Shown here: positions 26,703 to 37,516 of the stretch, in pieces
Layout: each line of letters opens with the position of its first letter
Numbering within the stretch: the first letter of the stretch is position 1
From: a virus
Lineage: Duplodnaviria; Heunggongvirae; Uroviricota; Caudoviricetes
Virus record (IMG/VR): IMGVR_UViG_3300026549_001031
Reading direction: 5' to 3' (one strand)
DNA length: 64,000 nt
Notes under the pieces: generated by a model
Databases searched by the model: none
What the model saw: only the letters and a program-made list of their open reading frames with translations
What the model was told of the DNA's origin: nothing
Program-made: the position numbers and the translations under genes

Positions 26703-29700
26703 ATGAGTCATATATACATAGTTAGTCATGTCATGGATAATTCTAATCATACAGTAGCTTATATGACTGTAGACATTGATAAGAATAACGAGATAAAAAG
26801 ATATACTTATGAAAAGATGATTGAAGCATTACAAAAGAATAAGTTGCAGGTAATGAATAAAGAGTGGCTTGGAAATAATTTTGGAATCATTAGAAACGCA
26901 GACACTAATAAGTACAATGGGAATTGTATTGTGGTCATCAACAATAAAGAGGGTAGACAGATAGGATGTATATGTGACACACAGTCAGGATTGAGTGTCA
27001 GTGTGATGGATAAATCGACAATAGAAAGTTTAAGTGATACATATAAGGTGGTTTATACTTCACAATCAAATTCACAATCACATGAGAAAGTAAAGGGAGA
27101 TACATACAATAAAGAAAACACAGGCATAGAAAGTTCTGAGATAACAGCAGAGGACAAGGAAGTTTGGGACATTGCTAAATTCAAGAAATACATGGATAAA
27201 AATGGATGGGACTATTTAATAGAGAGCTATGTGGATAATGCATATAAAATAATGAGGATAGACCCTGAATGTACAGTATTACATTTACCTAAAGAAGTGG
27301 TCTATGTGAATTTAGGATGCATAGGACAAAGAGCAAACAAGCTTAGAAAGGTAGTATTTGGACCTAAGATTACAGCAATTGATTCATTGTATACGAATAA
27401 ACAGACATATAAAACTAATGCACCTGACACAGAGTATGAAATGGATAGACTTGATGTAGCTTATTTTCAACATGAAGATGGTTACAAGGTAGGTGGTTTA
27501 GATGCACCTGGGTTATATTGTTTGAACATAGGGTACACTAACCTGCCTAGCAGTGTTGGAATGAGTAATGCATTTAATAATTGCAATATAGAGCATATAG
27601 ATTTTGAAGATAGCCTAGTAGAGAATTATGTTGAATGCTTTAATAAAACAGAGTTTGAGCAGCATATAACATTAAGATTGCACGGTGAAAAATTTAGGAC
27701 AGTAAATTTAAGTTTTAATGAGGCAAAGTTTAACTTTGGAGTAGATATAGACACATTTAGAAAAATACACAAAAGCTTTGGTGAGTGTGTGGGAGATATG
27801 AATGTAAAAATTGCAGACCACACAAGTGAAATAGGAAACAGTTTCAATAAGTGCACTGGACTTAATAGATTAGTAGGTACACAAACGAGTGACTTACACA
27901 CAATAACTAATAGCTTTTGTGATACACCTATACAGAATGTTTGTTTAGGTGATACAGAGTATATTACAATAAGTGACTCATTCAATAATTGTAATCAGTT
28001 AAAGAAAATAGGGTTACCTACAAATTTAACAAGATTGGCACATAGCTTTATAAGTTGTGCCGCAGATTTTGTTGATTTGACACAAGCAAAAAATTTCTTA
28101 AGTTTACAGTTTCCTCTATTTTCAGAGAATACATTACTAGAAATTGGACCTGGCTTTAGTGAAATTTCTGGTTCCATTACTAAAGATATAGATCAAAACG
28201 TATGCAAATTACAGTTTGACAGTGATAATTTAGGTTTTGGACATGGGGTGTATAGTTGTAACAAGATTGAAAACATAGAGGACATTGAGAAATATGGAAT
28301 CAACTTAGCACACGTTAAAGATTTACAGGCAAATGCATTTACTGGCTGTACTACAGATATAGTAGATCTTGGAGTATTTCCAAATGTGCATGAGTTAAAT
28401 GAAGATACGTTTAATAATGCAAAGATAGACACAGTAATTATTAGAGATAACATTGTTAAAGTAAATAAACAGTGCTTTGGTATGAATGAACAGGCGATAC
28501 ACAATATAATCATTGATAGTAACGTTGATATAAAAGCACTCAGCTTTTCAAAAAGAAAGCAAAAGCTTAGGACAAGGTTATTTATTCATAGGAAGAATGA
28601 GAAGGCATTGAAATCACTTGGTACTTCAGTGAGTATAAATAGACAATACATTATAATTGTTGTTGAAAGTATAGATGAAGCATTAGAGCAAATATATGGC
28701 AAGAAAGAAAATAAGTCAGACAGGGCACTTATTGATATGACACTTAGGGGAACAGAGTATGAGGTATTGTTGGGTGATAAATACATAGGTTCAGCTAAGC
28801 AGGCATATAAATTATTGGCAATGTATGATAAAGATGTAGACAATTGTCCTGTAGAGGTAGACCTTAGATACCCTAAGGTGCATGCAAGGGAAGTAGGCAC
28901 TCAATGGGAGGATACAGCAAATAGTCAAAATGCAATGTCATCTGGTAGGGCTATAACACGTGGTAGATTTACATTTAGTGACAAAAAAGTTAGATGCTTG
29001 TGTAATTTGGTGATGAACATATTTGAGGATTCAGTAATACCTTATTGGGATGATAAGTTTACAGGGTTAAAAGGAAATGAGGGCACTGATGAAGATGATG
29101 GCAAGTATGTGATTGATAAGCCATGGTTAATACTAAAGAGTTCAGAGTATAAATTGATAGTAGTCACTGGACATATAGAGAAGGCATCAATACGTTCATT
29201 GAGAATACTTTACATTGTGGACAGTGACAATAACATTGTGTTTATGGCATGGACTAGAAGAGTTGATTTCATTAACCTAACAGATAATGACTTTAATTCT
29301 GATAGGGAGCATTTTTCAATAGCACCTTATTTAGAGATTGGCAACTATAACACAAAATATGATTCAGAGGGATATACAGTAGGAAAAATAAAGATACCTA
29401 TGTGTGCACATGCAAATTACATGATGTACAGTTTCTTTAATTCATTGCTCATGTTTGATGGAGAAAGCAGTCGTTTTGATAAAGCTCACAGCTGGGGCAC
29501 ATTTAATGTTTATGACATATTAAGTGGTTATATGTTCAAGGTTGAATATGGACAATTTGAAGATGATACACTTGTGATTAAGGATAAGTATAAGTTAGGA
29601 GAAAGAGGGAGCATTAACGAAAGCGAGAACTTCAGAAAATTTAATGAGAGTGACATTAAATGGTTAAATTATTGGCTTACATATAAAAAGAGAGACTTGC

Positions 29701-30650
29701 TGGATAAGATGAAAGACAGTCATAATTATGCTAGGGCAAATACAGTTGAACTGGAAGGCTTGGCTAATAGATTTTATAGCCTGGGTATAAAATCAGCAGA
29801 TCAGCTAGATAGTAAGTCAGCAGAATTGTTATACAATAGTAGCTTGTACACTACATTGGGCGAGGCAGTAGGAAAAATAAAGACAGACAAGGTTGAAAGA
29901 GTGTATAGACTTACAGATACAAGAGACACCATAGTGATTGAGAATGTATATCATGGGGCTGGTGGGGAGGAATTAGTAGTCAATGGTTTATTAAACAGGA
30001 CAACTAGTTTGAAAGATGCTAGCATATTAAAAATTGGAGTATGCCCATTAGCTAAAATGGTTCAGGTCTTGTATTGTTTAGGTGCTGGCCTGGCAAATTC
30101 TGATAGATCACAAGCTTGTAATGGAATTACAAATAGAAAAATAAATATAGACAACTTTATTCATGTGAGTACATACAGTTTAGATGGTACTGATGGCAGT
30201 GTTAGTTCTTGTGGACTTAAGTTAAATTTGATGATAGACAAGAGAAATGCTGATGTATACATAATTGGAGAAAACCTTGACACAGATTTTATACCAATAT
30301 ACAGATGCAAAGATTTAGTTGCAGGTTCAGAATTATTGTACGGCGATACAATGGAATTGAGGTCAGCAATAATTAAAAGTGCAATAAAAGATGGAAAGGT
30401 GGTACCTGCTCATTTGTTCATTAGATATAAGGCTAGTCATAAGAAGCTCATGCAGTATGTATTAACAGACACAGATGAAACGTTTACTGACTATGCATTG
30501 GAAAGCTTCAGGTCAGATATAATACGTGGATATCCCGATGGATACCTTTCATCAAGTTACAGACTTGCAGTTATGTCAGTGATATACTATTTGGACGAGA
30601 GGGTGCTTAGGCAGCAAGGAGTAAAGCATGTGGCTCAATATGAGGACTAG
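26703..30650 (+). CDS. Large protein with BspA-type leucine-rich repeats
   Basis: ISDSFNNCNQLKKIGLP, NSFNKCTGL, AFTGC, EDTFNNAKI repeats; N-terminus resembles paralogous family. Confidence 0.75.
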   Translation: MSHIYIVSHVMDNSNHTVAYMTVDIDKNNEIKRYTYEKMIEALQKNKLQVMNKEWLGNNFGIIRNADTNKYNGNCIVVINNKEGRQIGCICDTQSGLSVSVMDKSTIESLSDTYKVVYTSQSNSQSHEKVKGDTYNKENTGIESSEITAEDKEVWDIAKFKKYMDKNGWDYLIESYVDNAYKIMRIDPECTVLHLPKEVVYVNLGCIGQRANKLRKVVFGPKITAIDSLYTNKQTYKTNAPDTEYEMDRLDVAYFQHEDGYKVGGLDAPGLYCLNIGYTNLPSSVGMSNAFNNCNIEHIDFEDSLVENYVECFNKTEFEQHITLRLHGEKFRTVNLSFNEAKFNFGVDIDTFRKIHKSFGECVGDMNVKIADHTSEIGNSFNKCTGLNRLVGTQTSDLHTITNSFCDTPIQNVCLGDTEYITISDSFNNCNQLKKIGLPTNLTRLAHSFISCAADFVDLTQAKNFLSLQFPLFSENTLLEIGPGFSEISGSITKDIDQNVCKLQFDSDNLGFGHGVYSCNKIENIEDIEKYGINLAHVKDLQANAFTGCTTDIVDLGVFPNVHELNEDTFNNAKIDTVIIRDNIVKVNKQCFGMNEQAIHNIIIDSNVDIKALSFSKRKQKLRTRLFIHRKNEKALKSLGTSVSINRQYIIIVVESIDEALEQIYGKKENKSDRALIDMTLRGTEYEVLLGDKYIGSAKQAYKLLAMYDKDVDNCPVEVDLRYPKVHAREVGTQWEDTANSQNAMSSGRAITRGRFTFSDKKVRCLCNLVMNIFEDSVIPYWDDKFTGLKGNEGTDEDDGKYVIDKPWLILKSSEYKLIVVTGHIEKASIRSLRILYIVDSDNNIVFMAWTRRVDFINLTDNDFNSDREHFSIAPYLEIGNYNTKYDSEGYTVGKIKIPMCAHANYMMYSFFNSLLMFDGESSRFDKAHSWGTFNVYDILSGYMFKVEYGQFEDDTLVIKDKYKLGERGSINESENFRKFNESDIKWLNYWLTYKKRDLLDKMKDSHNYARANTVELEGLANRFYSLGIKSADQLDSKSAELLYNSSLYTTLGEAVGKIKTDKVERVYRLTDTRDTIVIENVYHGAGGEELVVNGLLNRTTSLKDASILKIGVCPLAKMVQVLYCLGAGLANSDRSQACNGITNRKINIDNFIHVSTYSLDGTDGSVSSCGLKLNLMIDKRNADVYIIGENLDTDFIPIYRCKDLVAGSELLYGDTMELRSAIIKSAIKDGKVVPAHLFIRYKASHKKLMQYVLTDTDETFTDYALESFRSDIIRGYPDGYLSSSYRLAVMSVIYYLDERVLRQQGVKHVAQYED

Positions 30651-30733
30651 TTGTGAACTGCTTGAATATATAGAAAAGAAAAATTGTAATTTAATTTTGG
30701 GCAGTTAAAAAACAAGGGAGCAGTGATTAAGTA

Positions 30734-31942
30734 ATGAAGTACAAGTTCAAGGATATACTTACAACTGAAGTGTATGAAAAGACAAAGATAATGTTTGTAT
30801 TTGGCAAGTATAATTTGTTCAATAACATGGTGGCTGATGAACTAAAGAGCATGTGTACAGAGAGTCAAGTCATTGGTTCAATTCCAATAGACAGTACCTT
30901 ATCTGAAGAGTTTGGCTTTGATACAGAGGATGGTACAGAGGATGGCTCAGGTGGTACATCAGTTGATTTTAACACCTTCATGGATGTAATTGGAGTACAG
31001 AGTATAAATGGTAAGTGGTTCTGTAAGGTAGAATTGGATGCCTTGAAAGGTAAACAACTGGACAAGTTGAAAAAATACATGAAAGAACCTAGTGATAATG
31101 GTATACTCGTTATAAACAGTACAGACTGGATGATTTATAAGGATTGGCTCAGGAACAGAATCATAGCAGGAAGTAATTCAGTTAACTGCTTTGAGTTGAC
31201 ATTTCCGAACAGAGATACTTTGAAAGAGTTCATTAAGTTGTTATTTATTGATCAGGGTTTAGAGATTGAGTCATCTGGTGCAGAATATTTCATGTTAAAA
31301 ATGAATCAATCATATGATGAATATATGGATGTCATCAATGATATAAGACTTAGACATGAGGGTTCAGAGTTAAGTACAGTAGAATTAAAGAAATACATGA
31401 GAGGAATACAGCACTATGTGCTTGATAACTTTGTAAATGCTTTGACTAAACCTGTTTCAAGTGAAAAGACAAATAGCAAAAAGATTTTGAGAATCATGTC
31501 TACATTGGAAGAGGAAATGGGTGCAAAGAATTTGGTTTATAGGACAGATAAAATTGTTCAGGAGTGCATTCAATATAGGATGTTGATAAATACAGGAATA
31601 GTACCTATTGGAATCAATTACTTCTATGGAGAAGTAATCGACATGTTAGGTGGAAAGGATGGACCTTATGGAAAAGTGAAGGAATTTACTTTTAGAAAAA
31701 AGGCAGCACTGGCATCAAAGACATCATTGAAAGATTGGGAATTGATGCATATGATTTTGGAGAAACCATTGAAAAATGTAATGGACTCTGAAGATGTACA
31801 GGAGTTCAAATGTAAAAAAGCCTTGTTTGAGGTTTGTACAAGGTCAGTATTGACAGAGAGCAGGATAAAAAATATAATTGGCACTGAAAATGTATTAACA
31901 GATCAGGTAAAGTTTGTTGATAACATTAAGTTAAGAGGTTAA
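30734..31942 (+). CDS. Clamp-loader delta subunit (HolA)-like protein
   Basis: MFVFGKY.LF start; LKEFIKLLFIDQGLEIESSGAEYFMLKM..I resembles HolA lid domain. Confidence 0.55.
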   Translation: MKYKFKDILTTEVYEKTKIMFVFGKYNLFNNMVADELKSMCTESQVIGSIPIDSTLSEEFGFDTEDGTEDGSGGTSVDFNTFMDVIGVQSINGKWFCKVELDALKGKQLDKLKKYMKEPSDNGILVINSTDWMIYKDWLRNRIIAGSNSVNCFELTFPNRDTLKEFIKLLFIDQGLEIESSGAEYFMLKMNQSYDEYMDVINDIRLRHEGSELSTVELKKYMRGIQHYVLDNFVNALTKPVSSEKTNSKKILRIMSTLEEEMGAKNLVYRTDKIVQECIQYRMLINTGIVPIGINYFYGEVIDMLGGKDGPYGKVKEFTFRKKAALASKTSLKDWELMHMILEKPLKNVMDSEDVQEFKCKKALFEVCTRSVLTESRIKNIIGTENVLTDQVKFVDNIKLRG

Positions 31943-31956
31943 GGAGGAACAAGGAA

Positions 31957-32223
31957 ATGGCAAAGAAGCAGAGAAGATATTTAACAGCAATATCAATTGT
32001 AGGAGGTATCATTACTTTAATTAATGAGCAGGGTGATATTGAGACTTATACACAAAGAGGAATAAGAAAGCTTGATAAGAATAAGATAGCAGCATGTGTA
32101 CAGAGAGGAGTACTCGCACAAAATTGGCAGTGCTTCTATGAGTTACCATCTAACATTTCAATTTCGTTTGAGGATCCTGAAGTAATGGGAAAGGCAAGAG
32201 CAACATTTCCTGTTAAACCTTAA
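31957..32223 (+). CDS. Hypothetical protein
   Basis: AGGAGG RBS, 88 aa. Confidence 0.65.
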   Translation: MAKKQRRYLTAISIVGGIITLINEQGDIETYTQRGIRKLDKNKIAACVQRGVLAQNWQCFYELPSNISISFEDPEVMGKARATFPVKP

Positions 32224-32282
32224 GAACTAGGAGAAAAGCATAAGAGATTGAAGAATGGACATAAGAGATTGGGGGATAAAAC

Positions 32283-32762
32283 ATGGAAGGTGGAGAGGTT
32301 AAGCAATCAAATGCATTGAACTTCATGTTGGCAGGCAATTCAGAGTTTATTTTGTATAGTACAAAGACAAAGGATAAATTCAGATATGCATTGAAAAAGA
32401 AAAAGAGTAATAAAGAAAGCAACAATGAAAATGAGGAATACATATATTACTTGAATATATACAATAATGGTAGTATGGAGTATCAGGGAATAATTGCTTT
32501 CAACAGTAGCTTAAATCAATTCAAGTTTTATAAAGGCATTAAGGGATTGGGAAATACATCTGATGTAAAAATAAGATCACTGGAATTTGTGTTGAACAAA
32601 TTGTTTACAGGGCAAACAGTTGGTAATTTGATTGTTTATCATGTAGGAAAATGCGGTAGGTGTGGAAAGAAATTAACTGATCCTGAAAGTATTTTGACTG
32701 GACTTGGTCCTTCATGTAGTAAATACATGAATGTGCCGAGAGTCAAGATAAAAAAGAGTTAG
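32283..32762 (+). CDS. DUF6011-like protein
   Basis: YHVGKCGRCGKKLTDPESILTGLGPSC. Confidence 0.75.
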   Translation: MEGGEVKQSNALNFMLAGNSEFILYSTKTKDKFRYALKKKKSNKESNNENEEYIYYLNIYNNGSMEYQGIIAFNSSLNQFKFYKGIKGLGNTSDVKIRSLEFVLNKLFTGQTVGNLIVYHVGKCGRCGKKLTDPESILTGLGPSCSKYMNVPRVKIKKS

Positions 32763-33244
32763 GACATAGGAGATTAAAGAGAGCTAGCATGAATAGTTTA
32801 ATGTGATAGCAGTAGGAAAATGAAGTGAAATGCATATATAGGTATGCAGCAGGGTAAAAACCTGGTGCAGTAGAGTGCTAAATCTACAGTTTTTAAGAAA
32901 GTCAATCTTGTGTGATAAAGTTAAGATAAAGTAAGATAATTTTCATGTACTTCAGAACGGTGTATCTCGACATTAGGTCAAAAATGAGGTATACAGTGGT
33001 GAAAAATTAACTAGACAGTCAGGGTAAAAATTTTGAGGGATTTTTTATAAGAACAAATGTTTGGTTTTGAGAAAAAGTAAGTAAATGATTAAATTTATAG
33101 TTATTTGAAAAAGTAGATGCAGTTGAGTAAAAGAATTAGCATAATGAAAAATAGTTGAGCATATGAAAATTGAGAATAAGCAGTAAGATAGACATGTTTG
33201 TATTAAAAGGGTATTTAATTTTAATTTAAGAGAGGAAAGATAAT

Positions 33245-34012
33245 ATGGTTTCAAGCATTGTATTAACAGGTTGTAAGCATGTAGGAGTAAGTGAGAACAA
33301 TAAGATTGAGGTTGAGGGAAATGTATTAAACATTGAAAAGGATATTCCTTTCGTGAGATACAGATTTGGGAGCTATGGTGCAGAAGAGATTGCATACATG
33401 AAACAGATGTATGAGCAGTTCAAGTGGTCTACACACCTGGCTGAAGTAACAGTTGGACCTAATTTAGTAAACGAATTGCAGTTAATTGAGTCAGAGATGC
33501 CTAATGTAGCAAAATTTGTTTATGTAGATATCACTGATGAAATGGTGAGTGCACATGCAATTCCAGCTGAAACACTTGGATATTTACAGCAGGCAAAGGG
33601 ATTTAAGATTGACAGACTTCTGTTTAGAGACAGATCAACAACACTTGATATGGTGTGCACTAATGTGTTTATCACTAGTCTAAGCAAAATGTTGGGATTT
33701 AAGAAAGATACATTTGGTGTTTGTAGTTCACCATTATCATTTGGAGAACTTGCTTGCTTAACAGCAGCTAGGGCACGTGAGTTAATGAGCCTGTACGGCA
33801 GAACAACAGATGGGGCATTGCCAACAGCTAATCACGAATGTATGAACTGCTGTGGTTGTGCAAGATACATGGTAATTGACAATGATCTGGCAGCTCCTGT
33901 AGGCAAGTCTAGTAGTAAGAAGGCTAAATCAGAGGGCAGTGGGGAAAGCAAGACTAAGCCTAAAAAGAAAAAGTCTGGACTAGTTGTGAATGCTGATATG
34001 TTCAGTTTATAG
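33245..34012 (+). CDS. Hypothetical protein with C-terminal Cys cluster
   Basis: CSSP..C, HECMNCCGC; basic tail. Confidence 0.7.
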   Translation: MVSSIVLTGCKHVGVSENNKIEVEGNVLNIEKDIPFVRYRFGSYGAEEIAYMKQMYEQFKWSTHLAEVTVGPNLVNELQLIESEMPNVAKFVYVDITDEMVSAHAIPAETLGYLQQAKGFKIDRLLFRDRSTTLDMVCTNVFITSLSKMLGFKKDTFGVCSSPLSFGELACLTAARARELMSLYGRTTDGALPTANHECMNCCGCARYMVIDNDLAAPVGKSSSKKAKSEGSGESKTKPKKKKSGLVVNADMFSL

Positions 34013-34050
34013 TCATAGTTTTTATAAATTGTTTATATGTAAATATATGG

Positions 34051-34091
34051 ATAATGGTATACATCATGATTTTGGGGTATACCATTATTTT
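34051..34091 (+). terminator. Intrinsic terminator
   Basis: ATAATGGTATAC...GTATACCATTAT + T tract. Confidence 0.75.
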
Positions 34092-34164
34092 GTATATTAA
34101 TATACATTATTAAAATGGACTAGAAACTAAGTTTAGGGAATTTTCATAAATTTTATCAAAAATA

Positions 34165-34193
34165 TTGACAATTGTTAGTGAAAGATATATAAT
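34165..34193 (+). promoter_or_regulatory. Consensus sigma70 promoter
   Basis: TTGACA-17 nt-TATAAT upstream of ORF 34271. Confidence 0.85.
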
Positions 34194-34270
34194 AATGTTA
34201 TGTGGAAAAATTAGGAAATTGAAAGTATGTCGGTCGTAACTTTAATTAAGCTAGTCATGGAGGTTAAGGA

Positions 34271-35119
34271 ATGTTAATCAGTAGTAAAGATGTAGACCTT
34301 GGGTTAAAGGTCAAGCTTGTTGAGCCTAAAATAAACAGGGAGGCAAGCAATTACATCATGGAAAACTACAAGGATGTAGTAAAGATTATACGTAGCGCTG
34401 GAGGTGTTGATACAGATAAGATTGAGGATTTAATACAGGATGTTTATATTTCAATCATTGAGTCTGAAGAGGATGGCAATGGTTTTGACATGAACTATGG
34501 TACACATGGTTTAATGAATGTTGAACAATTTGTATTAGGACGTATCAAGCTTTATGCAAAGAACGCTAAGTATAAAAAGGGTGTCGTTGAGTCTTATAAG
34601 GGTAAGACACGAGAGACACGAAAGGTCATTGAGGAAGTAATAGATGAGAAGGGTAGACCTGTCCTGGACTCTAAGGGTAACGTGAGAACACGTACAAGAA
34701 AGGTGGTTGAACGTGCAGACAAGTTGGTTACAGCTACAGCAGCATCCTTTAATGAGGGTGGAGATGTAGAAGATAACAACGATGAATTTCAAAAAGCATA
34801 TGCAATGGCAGCTACAGCTGATTCAACAGATGATACAGCTGAAATGTTATCAATGCGTGAACAAATTGAGTTTTGCATTGATATATGTGACAAGTATGAA
34901 GTAAACATTTTGCATGTGTTTAGAAATATTGACTTGTTAGCAAATTTGGTTAAGCCTTCAACAAAGAAACGCAAACCTGAAGGAGTGTTTGCTAAGATTG
35001 CAGAGATTGCAGAATACAATCCTGATTTTTATTCAGCATTTAATTCAATTTTGAGATGCTCTGCACATAGCAATTCTGCAAAAGGTCTTTTCGAATCTAT
35101 CATTGCTCAATATTGTTAG
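34271..35119 (+). CDS. Divergent sigma-factor-like protein
   Basis: DKIEDLIQDVYISIIE resembles sigma region 2 (AEDLVQDVF); rest unassigned. Confidence 0.4.
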   Translation: MLISSKDVDLGLKVKLVEPKINREASNYIMENYKDVVKIIRSAGGVDTDKIEDLIQDVYISIIESEEDGNGFDMNYGTHGLMNVEQFVLGRIKLYAKNAKYKKGVVESYKGKTRETRKVIEEVIDEKGRPVLDSKGNVRTRTRKVVERADKLVTATAASFNEGGDVEDNNDEFQKAYAMAATADSTDDTAEMLSMREQIEFCIDICDKYEVNILHVFRNIDLLANLVKPSTKKRKPEGVFAKIAEIAEYNPDFYSAFNSILRCSAHSNSAKGLFESIIAQYC

Positions 35120-35160
35120 CATTGAAAATTAAAAAGGATTGAAAAGGTGGTAAAATTCCA

Positions 35161-35922
35161 ATGAGTATGTCAAGTCTGTCAGAGATAATTTATTCTCCAT
35201 TGAAAGAAGAAGAGGAGTCACTTGTTGGATGGTCGAAAGAAACGATTGATTATGTGTTAGACAATAGAAAGTCAACATACAGTCAAATCCGAGGAATTGC
35301 AAAGAGTTTGAATAAGTCATTACAGCTTACAGACGTTGAGGACATATACGAAGAAATCCTCTGTTACTTATATGGGTGTGATGACTACAATACAGAAAAA
35401 GCCATAGATCGTTCTAATAAGGACGGGGCTATCGTATCTCTCGAAGGATACGTAGGAAGTTGTGTTAAGTTTTGTGTGATTAGACATGTAACAAAAGAGT
35501 ATGCACAAGAGAGGGAAACAGTCAGAGAGATAGTTAGTGATACTGATGGTAAGGAACTTTCTCTATTTGATACAATTACAGACAAGAAAACATTGTCATC
35601 TTATGAGGATGAACATTGTGACCTTGAGGATGTTTGTAAGACTTATCAATATAAACGTTATGAATATGGTCCTGACATATTTCAGGTTTGGTTTGTACGT
35701 TTGCAGACAATGATGCATAACAAACAAAGCGCATATCAGGATATATTGGTGGCATTAGGCATATCAAAGAAAGAGATACATGATATTGAAAGAACAAACG
35801 ACACAGTAATGTTAATGATTGCAAAGGCAATTACAATTACAGGCGTTGAAAAGGCAGTAGAAATCATCAGGGAATATACTTATTCAGCTGATAGGATAGA
35901 AAAAGTCATTGAATTGTACTAG
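35161..35922 (+). CDS. Divergent sigma-factor-like protein
   Basis: TDVEDIYEEILCYLY region-2-like; ELSLFDTITD; C-terminal ILVALGISKKEI HTH-like. Confidence 0.4.
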   Translation: MSMSSLSEIIYSPLKEEEESLVGWSKETIDYVLDNRKSTYSQIRGIAKSLNKSLQLTDVEDIYEEILCYLYGCDDYNTEKAIDRSNKDGAIVSLEGYVGSCVKFCVIRHVTKEYAQERETVREIVSDTDGKELSLFDTITDKKTLSSYEDEHCDLEDVCKTYQYKRYEYGPDIFQVWFVRLQTMMHNKQSAYQDILVALGISKKEIHDIERTNDTVMLMIAKAITITGVEKAVEIIREYTYSADRIEKVIELY

Positions 35923-35978
35923 AAATGGCATTCAGGTGTAATTAGAAACGCATCAAATTATATTAAAATACATATAAG

Positions 35979-36011
35979 AAACCCAGGCTAAGCATTTAGT
36001 TTGGGTTTTTT
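35979..36011 (+). terminator. Intrinsic terminator
   Basis: AAACCCAGGCTAA-GCAT-TTAGTTTGGGTTT + T tract. Confidence 0.8.
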
Positions 36012-36088
36012 ATATTCTAGATAGACTAGTTATTATATAAATTAGTAATTTATTTAATTTTAAGAGTTTTTGAAAGGAGAGAATAGGC

Positions 36089-36598
36089 ATGAATTATCCT
36101 GAGGTATACAGTAGATTAAATTTCGAACTTGGAATTGTAATTTTTATCAAGAAGAATGGAGAATTTAGAGTGATGCTATGTACACGTTGCATGAGTATCA
36201 TTAACATGGTGTTTGGATACAAGGGCAATGTTTTAGCATCACATGACAATAGATGTAATATAGGTAATGGAAATGTAGCAGTTTATGACATGGCAATTGA
36301 AGATGCACGTTGCTTCAATATTGATAGAGTCATTGATATTCAATGGCTTGGACCTGTTGAAAGTAAAGAACAGTACAATAGAATGTTTGCAGAGTTTGTT
36401 GAGTTCAGAGACAGCTATGTTAAGGCATGTACAGCTACAGTTGATTTTGATAACATCAGTACAGAGACAAAGGACATTTCTGAAAAGGAAGCAGGTACAG
36501 CAGAAGAGATGGCAGAGGCAGTAAATAACTTGTTTGGCAGTGGGGCGTCACTTCTAAATGAGAATGAGACACAGCAGGAAACTGTAAATACAGATTGA
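36089..36598 (+). CDS. WYL_2/DUF2693-like phage protein
   Basis: FIKKNGEFRVMLCTR...YDMAIEDARCFNIDRV. Confidence 0.6.
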   Translation: MNYPEVYSRLNFELGIVIFIKKNGEFRVMLCTRCMSIINMVFGYKGNVLASHDNRCNIGNGNVAVYDMAIEDARCFNIDRVIDIQWLGPVESKEQYNRMFAEFVEFRDSYVKACTATVDFDNISTETKDISEKEAGTAEEMAEAVNNLFGSGASLLNENETQQETVNTD

Positions 36599-36625
36599 TA
36601 GGCATAGAAAAGGAGGTTATATGAC

Positions 36626-37516
36626 ATGATTCATTTAGTTCAACATAAGTCACCGAAAGCAAACTTATGTGCTAATTACATGAAAGCTGATGAGATTGCA
36701 GTTAAGTTTAATAGGGAGCTCATTGATAAAGATATTGATAGGCTAAGTAAGTTAATGGCAGAGGCAGCTAATAAAAGAAACATACTTAACTATAAAACCT
36801 TAATTGCATATCTTAAAAAATTAAGTAAGAGGATGAATGTGGATGGGACATTTGATATGTGCTGGAATACAAGTGTTAAGGATGAATTACCTTACACTTA
36901 TCCATTAAAGTTTATCAACGAGTCATTGTATGCAGTTGATACCTGCAATTATATTGAACTTGGGACAAATGAAAAGTTAGTGGAGATCATTAACAGGGAT
37001 ATGGCAGACATTATTGCATTTGAGTTAATGTATCAGGATGTTGGAGAGACACATGATAGTATCGAGGATATACTTGCTAATTGTGGAATACTTGGAGTAG
37101 AGGATTCTAGTATACTTGATAAGTACAAAGATGGCATGTTTGAATTAAGTAAGTCGCTTAAGATTGATGAGTCACCTTACAAGTATTATGAAAAGCATAA
37201 GATTTCTGATTACTTTCATACAAAAGAGTTTGATTGCACACGATATAAAGATGTGGTCTCATATTCTTGTAAGTATGCAAATACAATAGTTGGTAATAAT
37301 ATTATTGATAATTGTGAGAAGAATGGATTAGTTTGTGAGATGCTCACATTATCACCAACTACAGTGGCTTTCAGATTGCATAGACAGGAAGATAAGAATG
37401 GCGATACCAATGGTTATATTGATAACCTTGATATAGAAACAAAGATACTTGATGACATTGTGGTTAGGGCATTTGGACGTAGATTTAAGACACGACCACA
37501 GATTACAATTTTGTAG
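36626..37516 (+). CDS. Hypothetical protein (possibly degenerate PolA-like fragment)
   Basis: LVEIINRDMADIIAF and EMLTLSPTTVAF loosely occupy motif A/C-like positions; no catalytic Asp pattern. Confidence 0.5.
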   Translation: MIHLVQHKSPKANLCANYMKADEIAVKFNRELIDKDIDRLSKLMAEAANKRNILNYKTLIAYLKKLSKRMNVDGTFDMCWNTSVKDELPYTYPLKFINESLYAVDTCNYIELGTNEKLVEIINRDMADIIAFELMYQDVGETHDSIEDILANCGILGVEDSSILDKYKDGMFELSKSLKIDESPYKYYEKHKISDYFHTKEFDCTRYKDVVSYSCKYANTIVGNNIIDNCEKNGLVCEMLTLSPTTVAFRLHRQEDKNGDTNGYIDNLDIETKILDDIVVRAFGRRFKTRPQITIL

